The notes under the pieces were generated by a model. It was not told where the DNA came from and searched no databases. It was given only the letters and a program-made list of their open reading frames with translations. A stretch of DNA of 64,000 bases, from IMG/VR virus record IMGVR_UViG_3300033416_000001, positions 7,649-71,648 of that record; one strand, written 5' to 3'. This DNA comes from a virus. Lineage: Duplodnaviria > Caudoviricetes. The position numbers and the translations under genes are program-made. Numbering within the stretch: the stretch's first letter is position 1; each line of letters begins with the position of its first letter. Shown piece after piece: positions 53,651 to 62,926 of the stretch.

Positions 53651-54482
53651 CTCCCAACATAGATTTCATGATCGCCGGCCTTGACCATGCGCGAGCCAGT
53701 TCGCGCCAAGCACGGTCGTAATGGATAACCTTGTCTGGCGGTTGAAACAATTGGGCAAACGGCATCGCCCCGGTATCCCAGACCGCACGCAGGCGATCCT
53801 TTTCTGAGTCTATCCCATTTCTACCGATAAGCACGTAGCAAGATACCGTGCGCCGCATCACCCAGGGATCTGGGAAGACATGCCGGAGCCGCTGCATCGC
53901 CTCGCGTAGGGCGTCCAGCCCACCGTCTGTATCGCAGGCCACAAATATCTTGCTGATGCGCAGCCCCGCGAACTGCTCCACAACCCAATCGTCCAGCAGG
54001 GATGTTTGCAGCCCGCCCGAGAATATCGCCGCTCTGCGCTGCACCTTGAGCATGGCGTAGACCCGTTCCTGGTGCCAATGCGAGCACTGCAATAGATTGT
54101 TGTCTTGGATAATGTGTCCCGGCTGAACAATGGGCATCTCTTTCAACAGGCCCTCGCGATCTGGCACTAGGCACCATGGGCAGCGGTTGTTGCATCCTCT
54201 GGACGTGAACGTTACGCCCTCCTTTACATATCTTCCGGGCGTGAACGTCATAATGGGAGAGCTATACGCCGGCCCACCATACTTGACCTTGGGATAATAC
54301 TGAGACCACGCCTGCCACAGTCTCTCGCATTCTGGCTCATCCCAGGTAAACGTACAGGAGACATGTACCTCCTCGGCCTCGGGTAGCCACAGGCCGGGAT
54401 CCCCCACGAGCGCCAGGGCATCGGTCGGCGTGAACGATGTCCTGCGTGGGAACACCCTTATGATGGTCGGCTCTATGGTCAT
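53532..54482 (-). CDS. radical SAM protein (phage-type)
   Basis: TSRGCNNRCPWC (CxxxCxxC), DNNLL, VHVSCTFTWD, GGP. Confidence 0.88.
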   Translation of the reverse strand: MTIEPTIIRVFPRRTSFTPTDALALVGDPGLWLPEAEEVHVSCTFTWDEPECERLWQAWSQYYPKVKYGGPAYSSPIMTFTPGRYVKEGVTFTSRGCNNRCPWCLVPDREGLLKEMPIVQPGHIIQDNNLLQCSHWHQERVYAMLKVQRRAAIFSGGLQTSLLDDWVVEQFAGLRISKIFVACDTDGGLDALREAMQRLRHVFPDPWVMRRTVSCYVLIGRNGIDSEKDRLRAVWDTGAMPFAQLFQPPDKVIHYDRAWRELARAWSRPAIMKSMLGGAADGAKSGRNANHSGVRSDKDHVVPQGTAVGDQLGLRG

Positions 54483-54802
54483 GACTTGTGCTCCAACATA
54501 GCTTGTTCTCCCCTAAGCGGCACACCGATTATCATCCGGTCGAACGCCTCGTGCGCCGCATCCAGAGCATGGGCCGCGCCAAACACTGCCCCCGCCCGCT
54601 GAATCATGCGGTAGATAAACTCGTCGGTCTTGTCAACCCAATAATCCCCGGCGTCGATTGAAAACAGCCGGCGGGCCATAGCCAGCTTGGCCTCGAATTG
54701 CGCTAGGGTCAGGTGCTCTTCATCGCCCTCGACGCAGAGGGTCACGCCGCCCACGGCCCATTGTACAAACTGTATGTTCTGCGCCGACCTAGAATGGCTC
54801 AT
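54479..54802 (-). CDS. hypothetical protein
   Basis: ATG 54802 behind GGAG. Confidence 0.6.
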   Translation of the reverse strand: MSHSRSAQNIQFVQWAVGGVTLCVEGDEEHLTLAQFEAKLAMARRLFSIDAGDYWVDKTDEFIYRMIQRAGAVFGAAHALDAAHEAFDRMIIGVPLRGEQAMLEHKS

Positions 54803-56186
54803 CGACATGCTCCGCCTTCGACAGGAATGTCTGATAGCGGCCCCAGAATAGCAGTTCCAGGTTGGCGATGCCCGATATGCCATCGCGGTTCTTGGCCAGG
54901 CACATCGGCGCTGAACGCGGTCTCTTCTTCAGGCGCAATGCCGCCATCTGATCCTGTTCCCCGTTGGTTGACAGTTCTTCTTCTTTGGGGTCGCGCCACA
55001 GGAACAGAATCTTGTCCGCGTCCTGTTCCAGGCTGCCAGAGCCCCGCAGGTCGGCCAGCTTGGGCTGCGGGTCCAGCCTGGACTCCACCGACCGGCTCAA
55101 TTGCGACAGGCCGACCAGGACGACATTGTGCGCCTTGGCCAACCTGGCCAGGCCATTGGAGATATGCGTCAGCTTGAGGTTCTCGTTGTCGCCTTCGCCG
55201 CCCATTAACTGGATATAGTCAATGACGACCATGTCCACCTGCTGGCTGGCGCGCAATTTGGCGATCTCGTGGTCGATCTGCCCGACGGTCACTCCGGCCA
55301 CGCAATGGAACCACATCGGCAACCGGGTGATATGTGCGAGCGCCTCCCACAGCTTGGGCTCATTCTGGCCCACCTTGCCGTGGCGGATGGCATCGCTATC
55401 TATCTGCGCCACTGAGGATGCCAGTCGGAGCATGATCCTGGGCAAGCTCATCTCCAGGCTGAAGTAGGCCACCGGATGGCCCGTCTCGGCGGCGTGGCGG
55501 GCAATCTGCAGCGCAAGCGCCGACTTGCCGACACTGGGGCGACCGGCGATGAGCACAAACTCAGTTGGCTCCAGCCCGCCGGTCATGCGATCCAGGTCGA
55601 CGAGCCCGCTCGGGATGCCATAGACATCTTGTGGATTTGACAACCACTGGCGCGCCTTGGGCTCGAACTCATCCACCGCATCGCTCGCGCTGATGAGGCC
55701 GGCGCGCACGCGGCTGCCCATGCCCGCCAGGTCGGTCAGCCCAGACGTAATGATAACCTCTGGGTCGTCTGTGTCGTGCGATGCTCGCGCCAGTCTCTGG
55801 GCGAATCCGAGCAGCCCGCGGCGCAGGGAGTAGCGGCGCACCGTCTGGGCATACTCGGCGGCATGGGCATAGATAGGAACTGCACCAACGAGATACGTCA
55901 GATAGGACGATCCTCTAGTGCTGGCCAGACCTACCTGGTCGAGAATGCCGCGCCGCTCCAACTCCTCGGCCATGTTGACGGTGTTGGTCTTGCGAGACTG
56001 ATCTGCCAGGCAGAGCATGGCCCCATATAGCTCTGCGTGGGCCTCGATAAAGAAGTCATGCGGGTCGAGGATGGTTCTGACCTGGATAATGGTCGAGCCA
56101 TCTTGGTCAGCCAAGAGGCTGCCGAGCACGCCCTGTTCCGCGGCGAGGCTAAAGAGTTCTGCGGGGCCAGTTCCTTTGGGTATCAT
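54789..56186 (-). CDS. dnaB: replicative DNA helicase
   Basis: AEQGVLGSLL, AGRPSVGKS, FSLEM, VIDYIQLM, LSQLSR, DLRGSGSLEQDAD, AKNRDG. Confidence 0.96.
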   Translation of the reverse strand: MIPKGTGPAELFSLAAEQGVLGSLLADQDGSTIIQVRTILDPHDFFIEAHAELYGAMLCLADQSRKTNTVNMAEELERRGILDQVGLASTRGSSYLTYLVGAVPIYAHAAEYAQTVRRYSLRRGLLGFAQRLARASHDTDDPEVIITSGLTDLAGMGSRVRAGLISASDAVDEFEPKARQWLSNPQDVYGIPSGLVDLDRMTGGLEPTEFVLIAGRPSVGKSALALQIARHAAETGHPVAYFSLEMSLPRIMLRLASSVAQIDSDAIRHGKVGQNEPKLWEALAHITRLPMWFHCVAGVTVGQIDHEIAKLRASQQVDMVVIDYIQLMGGEGDNENLKLTHISNGLARLAKAHNVVLVGLSQLSRSVESRLDPQPKLADLRGSGSLEQDADKILFLWRDPKEEELSTNGEQDQMAALRLKKRPRSAPMCLAKNRDGISGIANLELLFWGRYQTFLSKAEHVDEPF

Positions 56187-56956
56187 TGGGCCTCCTTGAA
56201 GAGTTGGTCAAGCATCGCCCCGGTCACGGCCACTGTCGCCGGCCCATCCCGCTCCTGTGGCTTGCCCCTGCCTTTGAACGCGGCCTTGAACCCGTCGACC
56301 TTCCAGCGGCGCAGGATGGCTTCCACGAACTTTAGGGATACGAACGGGCTTGTCTTGCAGCGGTTGGCCTCATCGATGGCGGCCACAACCCACTCGGAGG
56401 TGAACTCGTCAATCAGCGCATTGATCTGCTCTCCGTCGATATAGTTGATGGCGCCACCCCTGACCTGCTGCCATTTCAGTTGGGCTGGTTCAATGTTTGT
56501 CGCCGCCTCTTCCTCTGTAGAAGTCTGTGGAACTCTCTGAATAGTTTGCCCCCCGTCGACAGACTGGTTTGTCGGATGCTGGCAATCCAGTTTGTCGGAT
56601 GCTGGCAAACTGGGCGGGCTCTTCCCACTGGTGTGTGCGCAGATAAGCTCCTCCAGTTTATCGACATCCACCCAGTAGTGCATTGTCGCCGGAACCCCGC
56701 GGCGCTCTTCCTTGAGCACATCGAGGGAAGCCAAAATCGCCCGGGCCCTATCCTGCGCATGTCTGGTCAGCCCGGTATCCTCAGTGATCTTCTCCCGGGT
56801 CTCGTAGGCCCATCCATCCGGCGCGGTCGTTTTATCGAGATAGTAGAGCATTTGGCTGAGGAACAACGCGGCCTCGACGCTGCCGAATAGCTTCGCCAGT
56901 AGCGGGTGATATGCTACGACTCGATCTCCCAGGATGGCTTTCAGTGCTATGTTCAT
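56183..56956 (-). CDS. replication initiator (N-terminal wHTH, C-terminal DnaD-like domain)
   Basis: ATG 56956; AALFLSQMLY, TGLT...DRAR..L; C-term VVAAIDEA...LKFVEAILRRW..DG; upstream of helicase. Confidence 0.8.
   Translation of the reverse strand: MNIALKAILGDRVVAYHPLLAKLFGSVEAALFLSQMLYYLDKTTAPDGWAYETREKITEDTGLTRHAQDRARAILASLDVLKEERRGVPATMHYWVDVDKLEELICAHTSGKSPPSLPASDKLDCQHPTNQSVDGGQTIQRVPQTSTEEEAATNIEPAQLKWQQVRGGAINYIDGEQINALIDEFTSEWVVAAIDEANRCKTSPFVSLKFVEAILRRWKVDGFKAAFKGRGKPQERDGPATVAVTGAMLDQLFKEAQ
56543..56613. repeat. iteron-like repeats, candidate replication origin
   Basis: GTTTGTCGGATGCTGGCAA at 56567 and 56590 (perfect 19-mer, 23-bp period) plus a degenerate unit at 56543; inside the initiator gene. 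Confidence 0.65.
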
Positions 56957-56967
56957 TTTTCTCCCCA

Positions 56968-57231
56968 TTACAAATCCTTGGGCTGGCCAGGCTTCTCTCC
57001 GACCGGCCCGACGCAGGCGTATACCGCCTGTGGATGCTGCACGATAACAATGCCATTGGCATCGAACCACGGGTAATTCAACGCAGTTCCCTGTGGCACA
57101 ACGACCTCCAGCGGCCAATATCCATACTTATCGCGGAACTCAATGCACTTTCCCTGGACGTCACAGGGTAGTTGCACCCATAGATAGGAGCCCCCGGCGC
57201 GTAGTGGGCCCGACGCGATAGACCCTTTCAT
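56968..57231 (-). CDS. hypothetical protein
   Basis: 87-aa ORF, ATGA overlap. Confidence 0.6.
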   Translation of the reverse strand: MKGSIASGPLRAGGSYLWVQLPCDVQGKCIEFRDKYGYWPLEVVVPQGTALNYPWFDANGIVIVQHPQAVYACVGPVGEKPGQPKDL

Positions 57232-57587
57232 GATCTGTACGGCAGCTTGCGCAGATGCGGGAAGAAGAATACGGCCTGCTCACGGGACAGCTTGTCGCCG
57301 GACTCCAGAACGAGCTCAATCGCAGTCGACGTGAGGCCGTGCGCCTCTGTGGCCCCGATGTATGCAGACCAGTCGATACCCATCGTCAGCGAGGCCACAA
57401 TGACGACGTAATGGCCCATCACATTCCAGAATGGCCCGGGGTGGTAGACTCTCGCGCCCATTTTCAGCGACTCGTCGATGGGCGGAGATGAAAAGACTCT
57501 CGCCTCGCTGAGAACACGGAACCATTTCCTCATTCTGCGCTGTCGCTCCCGCTCCCTGTTGCGTTCCTGTTCCTCGTTGTGCGTCAT
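57228..57587 (-). CDS. hypothetical protein
   Basis: ATG 57587 behind GGAGAGG. Confidence 0.65.
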   Translation of the reverse strand: MTHNEEQERNRERERQRRMRKWFRVLSEARVFSSPPIDESLKMGARVYHPGPFWNVMGHYVVIVASLTMGIDWSAYIGATEAHGLTSTAIELVLESGDKLSREQAVFFFPHLRKLPYRS

Positions 57588-57997
57588 ACGACCTCTCCTT
57601 TCTGTTCTTGTTCCTTGCGCTTGTTCTCGATGACCGCGCGATTGATCTTTTTCCACCACTCATTGCCATCCATCCACTGCATCAACCGGATGAAGAATTT
57701 GGGCCCGTTATCTGCCAGGCACGGTGTCAGAAATGGGATGAGGCGAACGGCCTTGCCCAGGGCGAATGCTGCGCCCAGGAAGAATAGCACGCCCTGATCC
57801 TGGCCATCCCAAGCCACCTGAACCTCGTTGGCGGCAGACATCGCCAACAGGGCGGCCACGCAGGTCTCCTCGCTCGTGCTTTTATTCAATTCGGGCGACT
57901 GGAGGCTTACAACGCTATGGCCGTTCGACTCAAGGTACCGGATGTATGCCCGAACCCGCTCGCCGAGAGTCGGGGGGCTGCACACGAAGATCTTCAT
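57584..57997 (-). CDS. nucleoside 2-deoxyribosyltransferase-like protein
   Basis: ATG 57997; KIFVCSP, GHSV, DQGVLFFLGAAFALGKAV; usual Glu position reads Phe. Confidence 0.55.
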   Translation of the reverse strand: MKIFVCSPPTLGERVRAYIRYLESNGHSVVSLQSPELNKSTSEETCVAALLAMSAANEVQVAWDGQDQGVLFFLGAAFALGKAVRLIPFLTPCLADNGPKFFIRLMQWMDGNEWWKKINRAVIENKRKEQEQKGEVV

Positions 57998-58230
57998 GGC
58001 CCTTTCCTCGCATTCCTGTTCACTGGATACCAATACTCGGCGACCTGGTGCATGAACCGATCCCACCGTGCGGCGCACTTGGAATTCTCTACCAGGTAGC
58101 GCGCCAGATCCCAGAACTTGCGCCATAGGTATGTCCAGAACAGCGAGCAGAAATGTTGCGTCGTGAAGAACAGAAAGGCGATGAACACCGTGGACTCGGC
58201 AATTTCCAGCCACGCAATTTCAGATTGCAT
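57994..58230 (-). CDS. small membrane protein
   Basis: ATG 58230 behind GGAGGAG; hydrophobic segment. Confidence 0.6.
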   Translation of the reverse strand: MQSEIAWLEIAESTVFIAFLFFTTQHFCSLFWTYLWRKFWDLARYLVENSKCAARWDRFMHQVAEYWYPVNRNARKGP

Positions 58231-58265
58231 CTTACCACTCCTCCTCTTTCTGCCTAAAGTAGGGT

Positions 58266-58288
58266 GGCCCATGCGTTGCGCATGGGCC
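58266..58288. terminator. intergenic 10-bp hairpin
   Basis: GGCCCATGCG-TTG-CGCATGGGCC. Confidence 0.55.
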
Positions 58289-58294
58289 TTTCTC

Positions 58295-58696
58295 CTAGTC
58301 CCTGGTAGGCTGACGCCTAAAGCCGCGCTGGTCGTAGGTCTGACCGTAACTCCAAGCCGCCATGCCAGCGGCCCAGAAGACGCCGGTCATGTTCTTGAAG
58401 CGCATCCCCAAGGCCGTGACTTCCGCCAGGAATGGGGCTGACTCGTTCACTGCCATCTGCCAGCCATTCGCCCCGGTATACGAGTAGCCACCGGCCCCGG
58501 TGCTATAGACGTACCGGGTCGCCCCCGAACCATATCCGACCATCTTGGCTGAGTCGGATATAAAGTTCTGGAAGTTGCTCCGCGTGATGATCCCGGCATT
58601 CACCTTCTGCACCAAGTCGGTGATGCTCGGCCCGTCCGCACTGACCGTGGTGGCCAGCGCCAACAGCAAACACAGTGCTACAACAATTCTCTTCAT
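58295..58696 (-). CDS. secreted protein
   Basis: Sec signal MKRIVVALCLLLALATTVSA. Confidence 0.7.
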   Translation of the reverse strand: MKRIVVALCLLLALATTVSADGPSITDLVQKVNAGIITRSNFQNFISDSAKMVGYGSGATRYVYSTGAGGYSYTGANGWQMAVNESAPFLAEVTALGMRFKNMTGVFWAAGMAAWSYGQTYDQRGFRRQPTRD

Positions 58697-58697
58697 T

Positions 58698-58952
58698 CTA
58701 CCTCCAAGTCCGGTAAGCTTGCAGCGGCGAATACAACCGCCACTGCTGTTTCATCCACGGATTCAATCCGTAGTACGACCCGTACAGGGTGTTGACTCGC
58801 GTGATGCGCGGGTCAACCAGCAATCTGCCGTTCTGAATCATGAGCCGACGTTGCAAGATGTACGGCGGCTCCTGAGCTTGTGCGGGCAGGACGTACAGGC
58901 CCGCAATCAGGAGCGCCAACACCAAAGTTACCCACTTCTCGTACTTCATCAC
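58698..58952 (-). CDS. small secreted protein
   Basis: Signal peptide ending AQA. Confidence 0.65.
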   Translation of the reverse strand: MMKYEKWVTLVLALLIAGLYVLPAQAQEPPYILQRRLMIQNGRLLVDPRITRVNTLYGSYYGLNPWMKQQWRLYSPLQAYRTWR

Positions 58953-59119
58953 TTATCGTCCTCCTTTTTGTCCCACACACTTTTGGTGGCATCCATCAAT
59001 TTGTACGTGATGTACAGCGGCCATAGCGGGGGCATGAGTGCCATCATCACTTCCCCTTCGCTACAGCCGGTCATGGACAGGGCCATGACCGCCAATAACA
59101 CGACCAGTTCAAGTCTCAT
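58949..59119 (-). CDS. small lipoprotein (56 aa)
   Basis: Read by hand: MRLELVVLLAVMALSMTGC lipobox; RBS GGAGG. Confidence 0.65.
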   Translation of the reverse strand: MRLELVVLLAVMALSMTGCSEGEVMMALMPPLWPLYITYKLMDATKSVWDKKEDDK

Positions 59120-59128
59120 GCTTTCCTC

Positions 59129-59254
59129 CTACAGCCCCGCAAACCCGCTCATCATGAGCAGGAAGCCCAGGAACAGCCGGTCATAGTTATAGTTGCTAGT
59201 CCGGGGCGTGATGCCCGACAGCATCATCCCAAAGCCGATTGGAATACGCCACAT
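59129..59254 (-). CDS. small hydrophobic protein
   Basis: ATG 59254 behind AGGGGGTG. Confidence 0.45.
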   Translation of the reverse strand: MWRIPIGFGMMLSGITPRTSNYNYDRLFLGFLLMMSGFAGL

Positions 59255-59270
59255 TTTATCACCCCCTTTC

Positions 59271-59603
59271 TCACTTACCCTTGAGAGCTTCCTTCGCCGC
59301 TCCTGCGGCAATACCGCCGACAGTCTCGACGTACTCCTCCTTTGTTTCTGCGAACAAGCAAATGACATTGGCAATTCCGTCGCAAACATCGTTTGCGGTA
59401 GCAAGCCGCACCAGCCCGCTCAGACCAATAGCTGGCAGGAAGAAGACAGCTTTTTTGCCATGCAGCCCGTAGCACAGCCCCACCCAGAACGCCATCGTTT
59501 CCGCATCTGAGTGCGTCTTGCTGTACTCAAATACGTCCATTGAGCAATGACAGCGACGGCGCTTGCTTCGGTTGACGTACTTCTCGATTAGTCTGTGCAG
59601 CAT
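59271..59603 (-). CDS. hypothetical protein
   Basis: ATG 59603 behind AAGGGG. Confidence 0.6.
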   Translation of the reverse strand: MLHRLIEKYVNRSKRRRCHCSMDVFEYSKTHSDAETMAFWVGLCYGLHGKKAVFFLPAIGLSGLVRLATANDVCDGIANVICLFAETKEEYVETVGGIAAGAAKEALKGK

Positions 59604-59627
59604 GTTGCCCCTTACTGTTGGTGGCAA

Positions 59628-60587
59628 TTACGCGGCGCGCCTGTTCCAGGCGGCGCCGGCCTGATCCGCGGTGTCAAAGTACACCGTTTCGGCGACACAC
59701 TCGCAATCGTCATTCTCGCACGATATCGCATACCGCTCGCGCCCGCCATCGGTCTTATAGCTAAGCAGCCTTGGCGCTTCTCCGCACCATGGGCACGGCA
59801 GCAGTCGCGCGTTAGGGTCTGTGGCGATGGGCGCGAAGGCGACGCACGCGCGCCACTGTTCAACGCATGGTGCACCTCCGGGCGTAGAGCAACGGCAATA
59901 TCCGCGAGAGTCATTGCCCCGGCGCAGCCAATGCACGCACTCCCCGCATGTATGCTCCTGGCCGTGCAATTTGAAGCCCGGGCACGCCTTGGCGTGCAGT
60001 GGGGCATTGCGCCAAGTCCGCTTTGGGTGCACACAGTTGCCCAGGTCGCGTGCCACATGGCGCATCCAGTATGCGCATTCTCCGCACACACGCGCCGGAG
60101 GAGTGGCGTCTGGATAGGCGCGGGCCAGTATTATGGGTTCTTCCTTTGGAGTTGGCGTTGCCGTGTGTCCCAAGTTGCATCCTCCTGACACTTGATAGTA
60201 TACGCATGACTGGCATAGCATCCACGCTAGCCCTTGCGTGTCTGTAATGTAATCGGCGCAAGCTGGTGTACATGGGCCGACGGGCATTTGCTCCGCCACC
60301 TGCTGCGCGTCGGCATCATCAGTTATGCGCGTCCAAGCGCGGCATGAAATCGTCCATGTCATCTTGTCTTTCGCCCCAGGACACCCAGTGAATCTGGAGC
60401 AATTTGGGCAGTAGTAGAACGCTGGCTCCTCCTGCTGCGCGTCGGCGGTCTGGGTCTGCCAGGTATGGCCACAGCCGCAGATGTAGAGCAGGTATAGCCC
60501 GTCGCAATCGTTTTGCGATTTTACTCTCCAATCACTTCGCCCACATTTGGCGCACTTCTGCTCTTTTGTGAACCTGGGCCTATCCAT
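59628..60587 (-). CDS. multi-zinc-finger protein with C-terminal Lar (restriction alleviation)-like domain
   Basis: Many CxxC pairs; repeated CGEC.[YH]W...G.C modules; LLPCPWCG...ISC..C...A..AWNRRA. Confidence 0.75.
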   Translation of the reverse strand: MDRPRFTKEQKCAKCGRSDWRVKSQNDCDGLYLLYICGCGHTWQTQTADAQQEEPAFYYCPNCSRFTGCPGAKDKMTWTISCRAWTRITDDADAQQVAEQMPVGPCTPACADYITDTQGLAWMLCQSCVYYQVSGGCNLGHTATPTPKEEPIILARAYPDATPPARVCGECAYWMRHVARDLGNCVHPKRTWRNAPLHAKACPGFKLHGQEHTCGECVHWLRRGNDSRGYCRCSTPGGAPCVEQWRACVAFAPIATDPNARLLPCPWCGEAPRLLSYKTDGGRERYAISCENDDCECVAETVYFDTADQAGAAWNRRAA

Positions 60588-60602
60588 CTTCTCCTCCTCT
60601 CA

Positions 60603-61223
60603 TCAAGCGCGCTTGTGCCAGTCGGCGACGGCTTCGGCTGCGGTTGCTTTCCCTTGCCATGCCCTTGGATGAATTTGGCATTCATTGTTCTTGCAAGAAA
60701 CCCAATAAATGCGCCCCTCTCCGTAGTCCGCTGTATTTACTATCGGCATCTCACCGCACCACGGGCACGGCAGCGGGGCGGGGTCGCGGGGTATGAAGTT
60801 GTCGCACCTATCAGCAAGCGAATCTTCTTTGCCCACGATGTTCATGCCGGAACCGTAGCGTTGGTCACATTCTCCTGACCGGCTCGTGGCGTGCCAATGT
60901 GCGCACTCCCCGCACGTATGCCCGTCCTTCTTATTCGGCCACGTCCAGGCTGAGTTTCCCGTCTGGTCTTGGCAATAGTGCCAGCCAGCATGGCCGCGCA
61001 GGAGAGTGCAGCGTACCCTTCTTTTGGTGTCTAAAAACTCGTTCTCGTCACCACATTCCGACTGTGCATCAAGGCAATCGAATCTACCGAAAGAAAATCC
61101 ACAGCGATGGCATTTGCAATCTAGCCACTCATGGTCGATACTGCCGCAATATCGAACTTCCATCGCCGCTGTATAGCCGCACTTCGGGCAACGTGTATCT
61201 TTGTTGAATGCAGGTTTTTCCAT
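60603..61223 (-). CDS. zinc-finger protein with C-terminal Lar-like domain
   Basis: CPKCG, HTCGECAHW, PLPCPWCG...VSC..C...EAVADWHKRA. Confidence 0.75.
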   Translation of the reverse strand: MEKPAFNKDTRCPKCGYTAAMEVRYCGSIDHEWLDCKCHRCGFSFGRFDCLDAQSECGDENEFLDTKRRVRCTLLRGHAGWHYCQDQTGNSAWTWPNKKDGHTCGECAHWHATSRSGECDQRYGSGMNIVGKEDSLADRCDNFIPRDPAPLPCPWCGEMPIVNTADYGEGRIYWVSCKNNECQIHPRAWQGKATAAEAVADWHKRA

Positions 61224-61233
61224 CTTCTTCTCC

Positions 61234-61614
61234 TTAGGGAATCACGAATATTGTGACTGGCAATCGCCCATCGTTGTCCTGCGCCGCCGTCAAGCCGCGG
61301 CGTAGCTCCCAGAACGCGGCAGGTGTCAAGTCTACGAACATGAATTGTTCGGAGACTTGTTCATCTTCATCCAGGTATCCGCTATCCGCGACCGTGCACA
61401 AGATACAATAGTCGCCGGCATTGCATACTACCAGCGTCTTGCCGACGAGCCGCTCAAACAGCCGGTCATCCACAGAGCATGTCATTGCGCTTTGGTCAAA
61501 CGCCTGGCCATTGCGCGTCACGAGCCCGGTGTCATAGCGTGTGGCGCTACCGACCACGGGCTGGAGCATGGTCAGGGTCAGTAGCATGGCCAACATCCAA
61601 GGGATCACATTCAA
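61234..61614 (-). CDS. secreted RlpA-like double-psi beta-barrel protein
   Basis: Signal peptide; GSATRY...TRNG..FD..AMTC...V.DSG...VDLTPAAF. Confidence 0.75.
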   Translation of the reverse strand: MNVIPWMLAMLLTLTMLQPVVGSATRYDTGLVTRNGQAFDQSAMTCSVDDRLFERLVGKTLVVCNAGDYCILCTVADSGYLDEDEQVSEQFMFVDLTPAAFWELRRGLTAAQDNDGRLPVTIFVIP

Positions 61615-61629
61615 CTCCTCTGAGCCACG

Positions 61630-61731
61630 CTATTTCTTCCGCCGGCGCAGCATCTGCGTGACAAGCAGCTCCAGGGCAATAGTTACAAGGAAACTGACCA
61701 AGGCTATGACTATGTGACGGGTCTCAATCAT
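61630..61731 (-). CDS. small TM protein (33 aa)
   Basis: Read by hand: MIETRHIVIALVSFLVTIALELLVTQMLRRRKK; RBS GGAGAG. Confidence 0.55.
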   Translation of the reverse strand: MIETRHIVIALVSFLVTIALELLVTQMLRRRKK

Positions 61732-62246
61732 CTAACTCTCCTTTCCAGTTTGTTGAGATGGGACCAGCCATAGTGAGCTTCAAGCGCATGAACCTGTCGC
61801 TCATGGTGATCCATCTCAACCAATTCTTTCAGCGTGCGCTGTTTCTTGTGGCGTAGCCTGATAATCTCCACACAAAGCCAATGGTAATAGGACTTTACTG
61901 CTGCTAGTTGATCGCGCTCACGAGTGCCCTTGGCGCCAGTATGGCGCGCCGCTCTCTGCGCATCTTTCCATGCCAACCATGCCAACCAGATCGTGCGGAA
62001 GCTGTTGGTAACACTAAAGTAGGACGTATAGTGCATGAATATGGGCATCGAATCAGCGTCAGCAGACAACATACACGCCTTCATAGGAGGTAACGGCAGC
62101 TCCTGCAGAGCCCGCAATGTCTCTTCTTTGTCGTGCAGATAGTCATGTTGTCCGTTGTGAAACCCAAAACGAAGATAAAAACCGTCGCGCCTCTCGGCAA
62201 TAGCCGTGTTTAGTTCGTCGTCCGTCATTCCCGCATAATCACACAT
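61728..62246 (-). CDS. hypothetical protein
   Basis: ATG 62246; MTDDELNTAIAERR N-terminal pattern common in phage proteins. Confidence 0.65.
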   Translation of the reverse strand: MCDYAGMTDDELNTAIAERRDGFYLRFGFHNGQHDYLHDKEETLRALQELPLPPMKACMLSADADSMPIFMHYTSYFSVTNSFRTIWLAWLAWKDAQRAARHTGAKGTRERDQLAAVKSYYHWLCVEIIRLRHKKQRTLKELVEMDHHERQVHALEAHYGWSHLNKLERRVR

Positions 62247-62631
62247 GGGGGCCCTTCTTGTCCACCACGGATTCATCCAGCACGCGCACCGCGGCGTGTT
62301 CAAGAACCTCCAGCAACAGCAGCGTGGCCTCGCCAGGATTCTTGCTCAAGGTCAGCCCAGACAAGCCCCTCAAATACCCGTTATACTCACTCCATGCCTC
62401 AGCAAACAGGCGCGCCAAGTCAACGAGCGTTACGGGCCGTTGACGCTTACTTGCCGCGGGCTTGCCGCCGTTTCGAGGCAGGAGGTGGCGGGACAGTATC
62501 TCTCGCCAGACCGTCTTGATCCCCACAATGGTAGCGGGGTCAATCTGCTCCCATTCTTGCCGAAGTCCGCGGCGGTCAGATAGGTCTGCGATGATCTCTT
62601 TGAGGGCCCGGTCATACGCATTAACTGGCAT
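62239..62631 (-). CDS. hypothetical protein
   Basis: ATG 62631 behind AAGGGG. Confidence 0.6.
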   Translation of the reverse strand: MPVNAYDRALKEIIADLSDRRGLRQEWEQIDPATIVGIKTVWREILSRHLLPRNGGKPAASKRQRPVTLVDLARLFAEAWSEYNGYLRGLSGLTLSKNPGEATLLLLEVLEHAAVRVLDESVVDKKGPHV

Positions 62632-62926
62632 GATCCCCCTTCGGTTCCTGCGGCACGAGATGCTCGGCAACGAGGGCGGCCCGTATTGCCGCCTCGGGCG
62701 TCTCGGCGCGGTATTCGCCAATGTTGCTTGTCACGTACCAATATGAGAATCCGCCGGAACTGCCGCTCACGAACCTCCACCTGTGCAACCGCCAACCGAC
62801 TGGTAGCGTTTTGACCAACACTCCCAGGGTGGCCTCGCGCTCTAGCTCTGCCAATTTCCCGGCAGTCACTAGGACGAGCTCGCCAGGGTCAACTGGGCGA
62901 TTGTCGATGGCATCAAAGTCAGTCAT
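62621..62926 (-). CDS. hypothetical protein sharing N-terminus with next ORF
   Basis: ATG 62926; MTDFDAIDNRPVDPG...VLVTAGKLAELER. Confidence 0.7.
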   Translation of the reverse strand: MTDFDAIDNRPVDPGELVLVTAGKLAELEREATLGVLVKTLPVGWRLHRWRFVSGSSGGFSYWYVTSNIGEYRAETPEAAIRAALVAEHLVPQEPKGDHAS

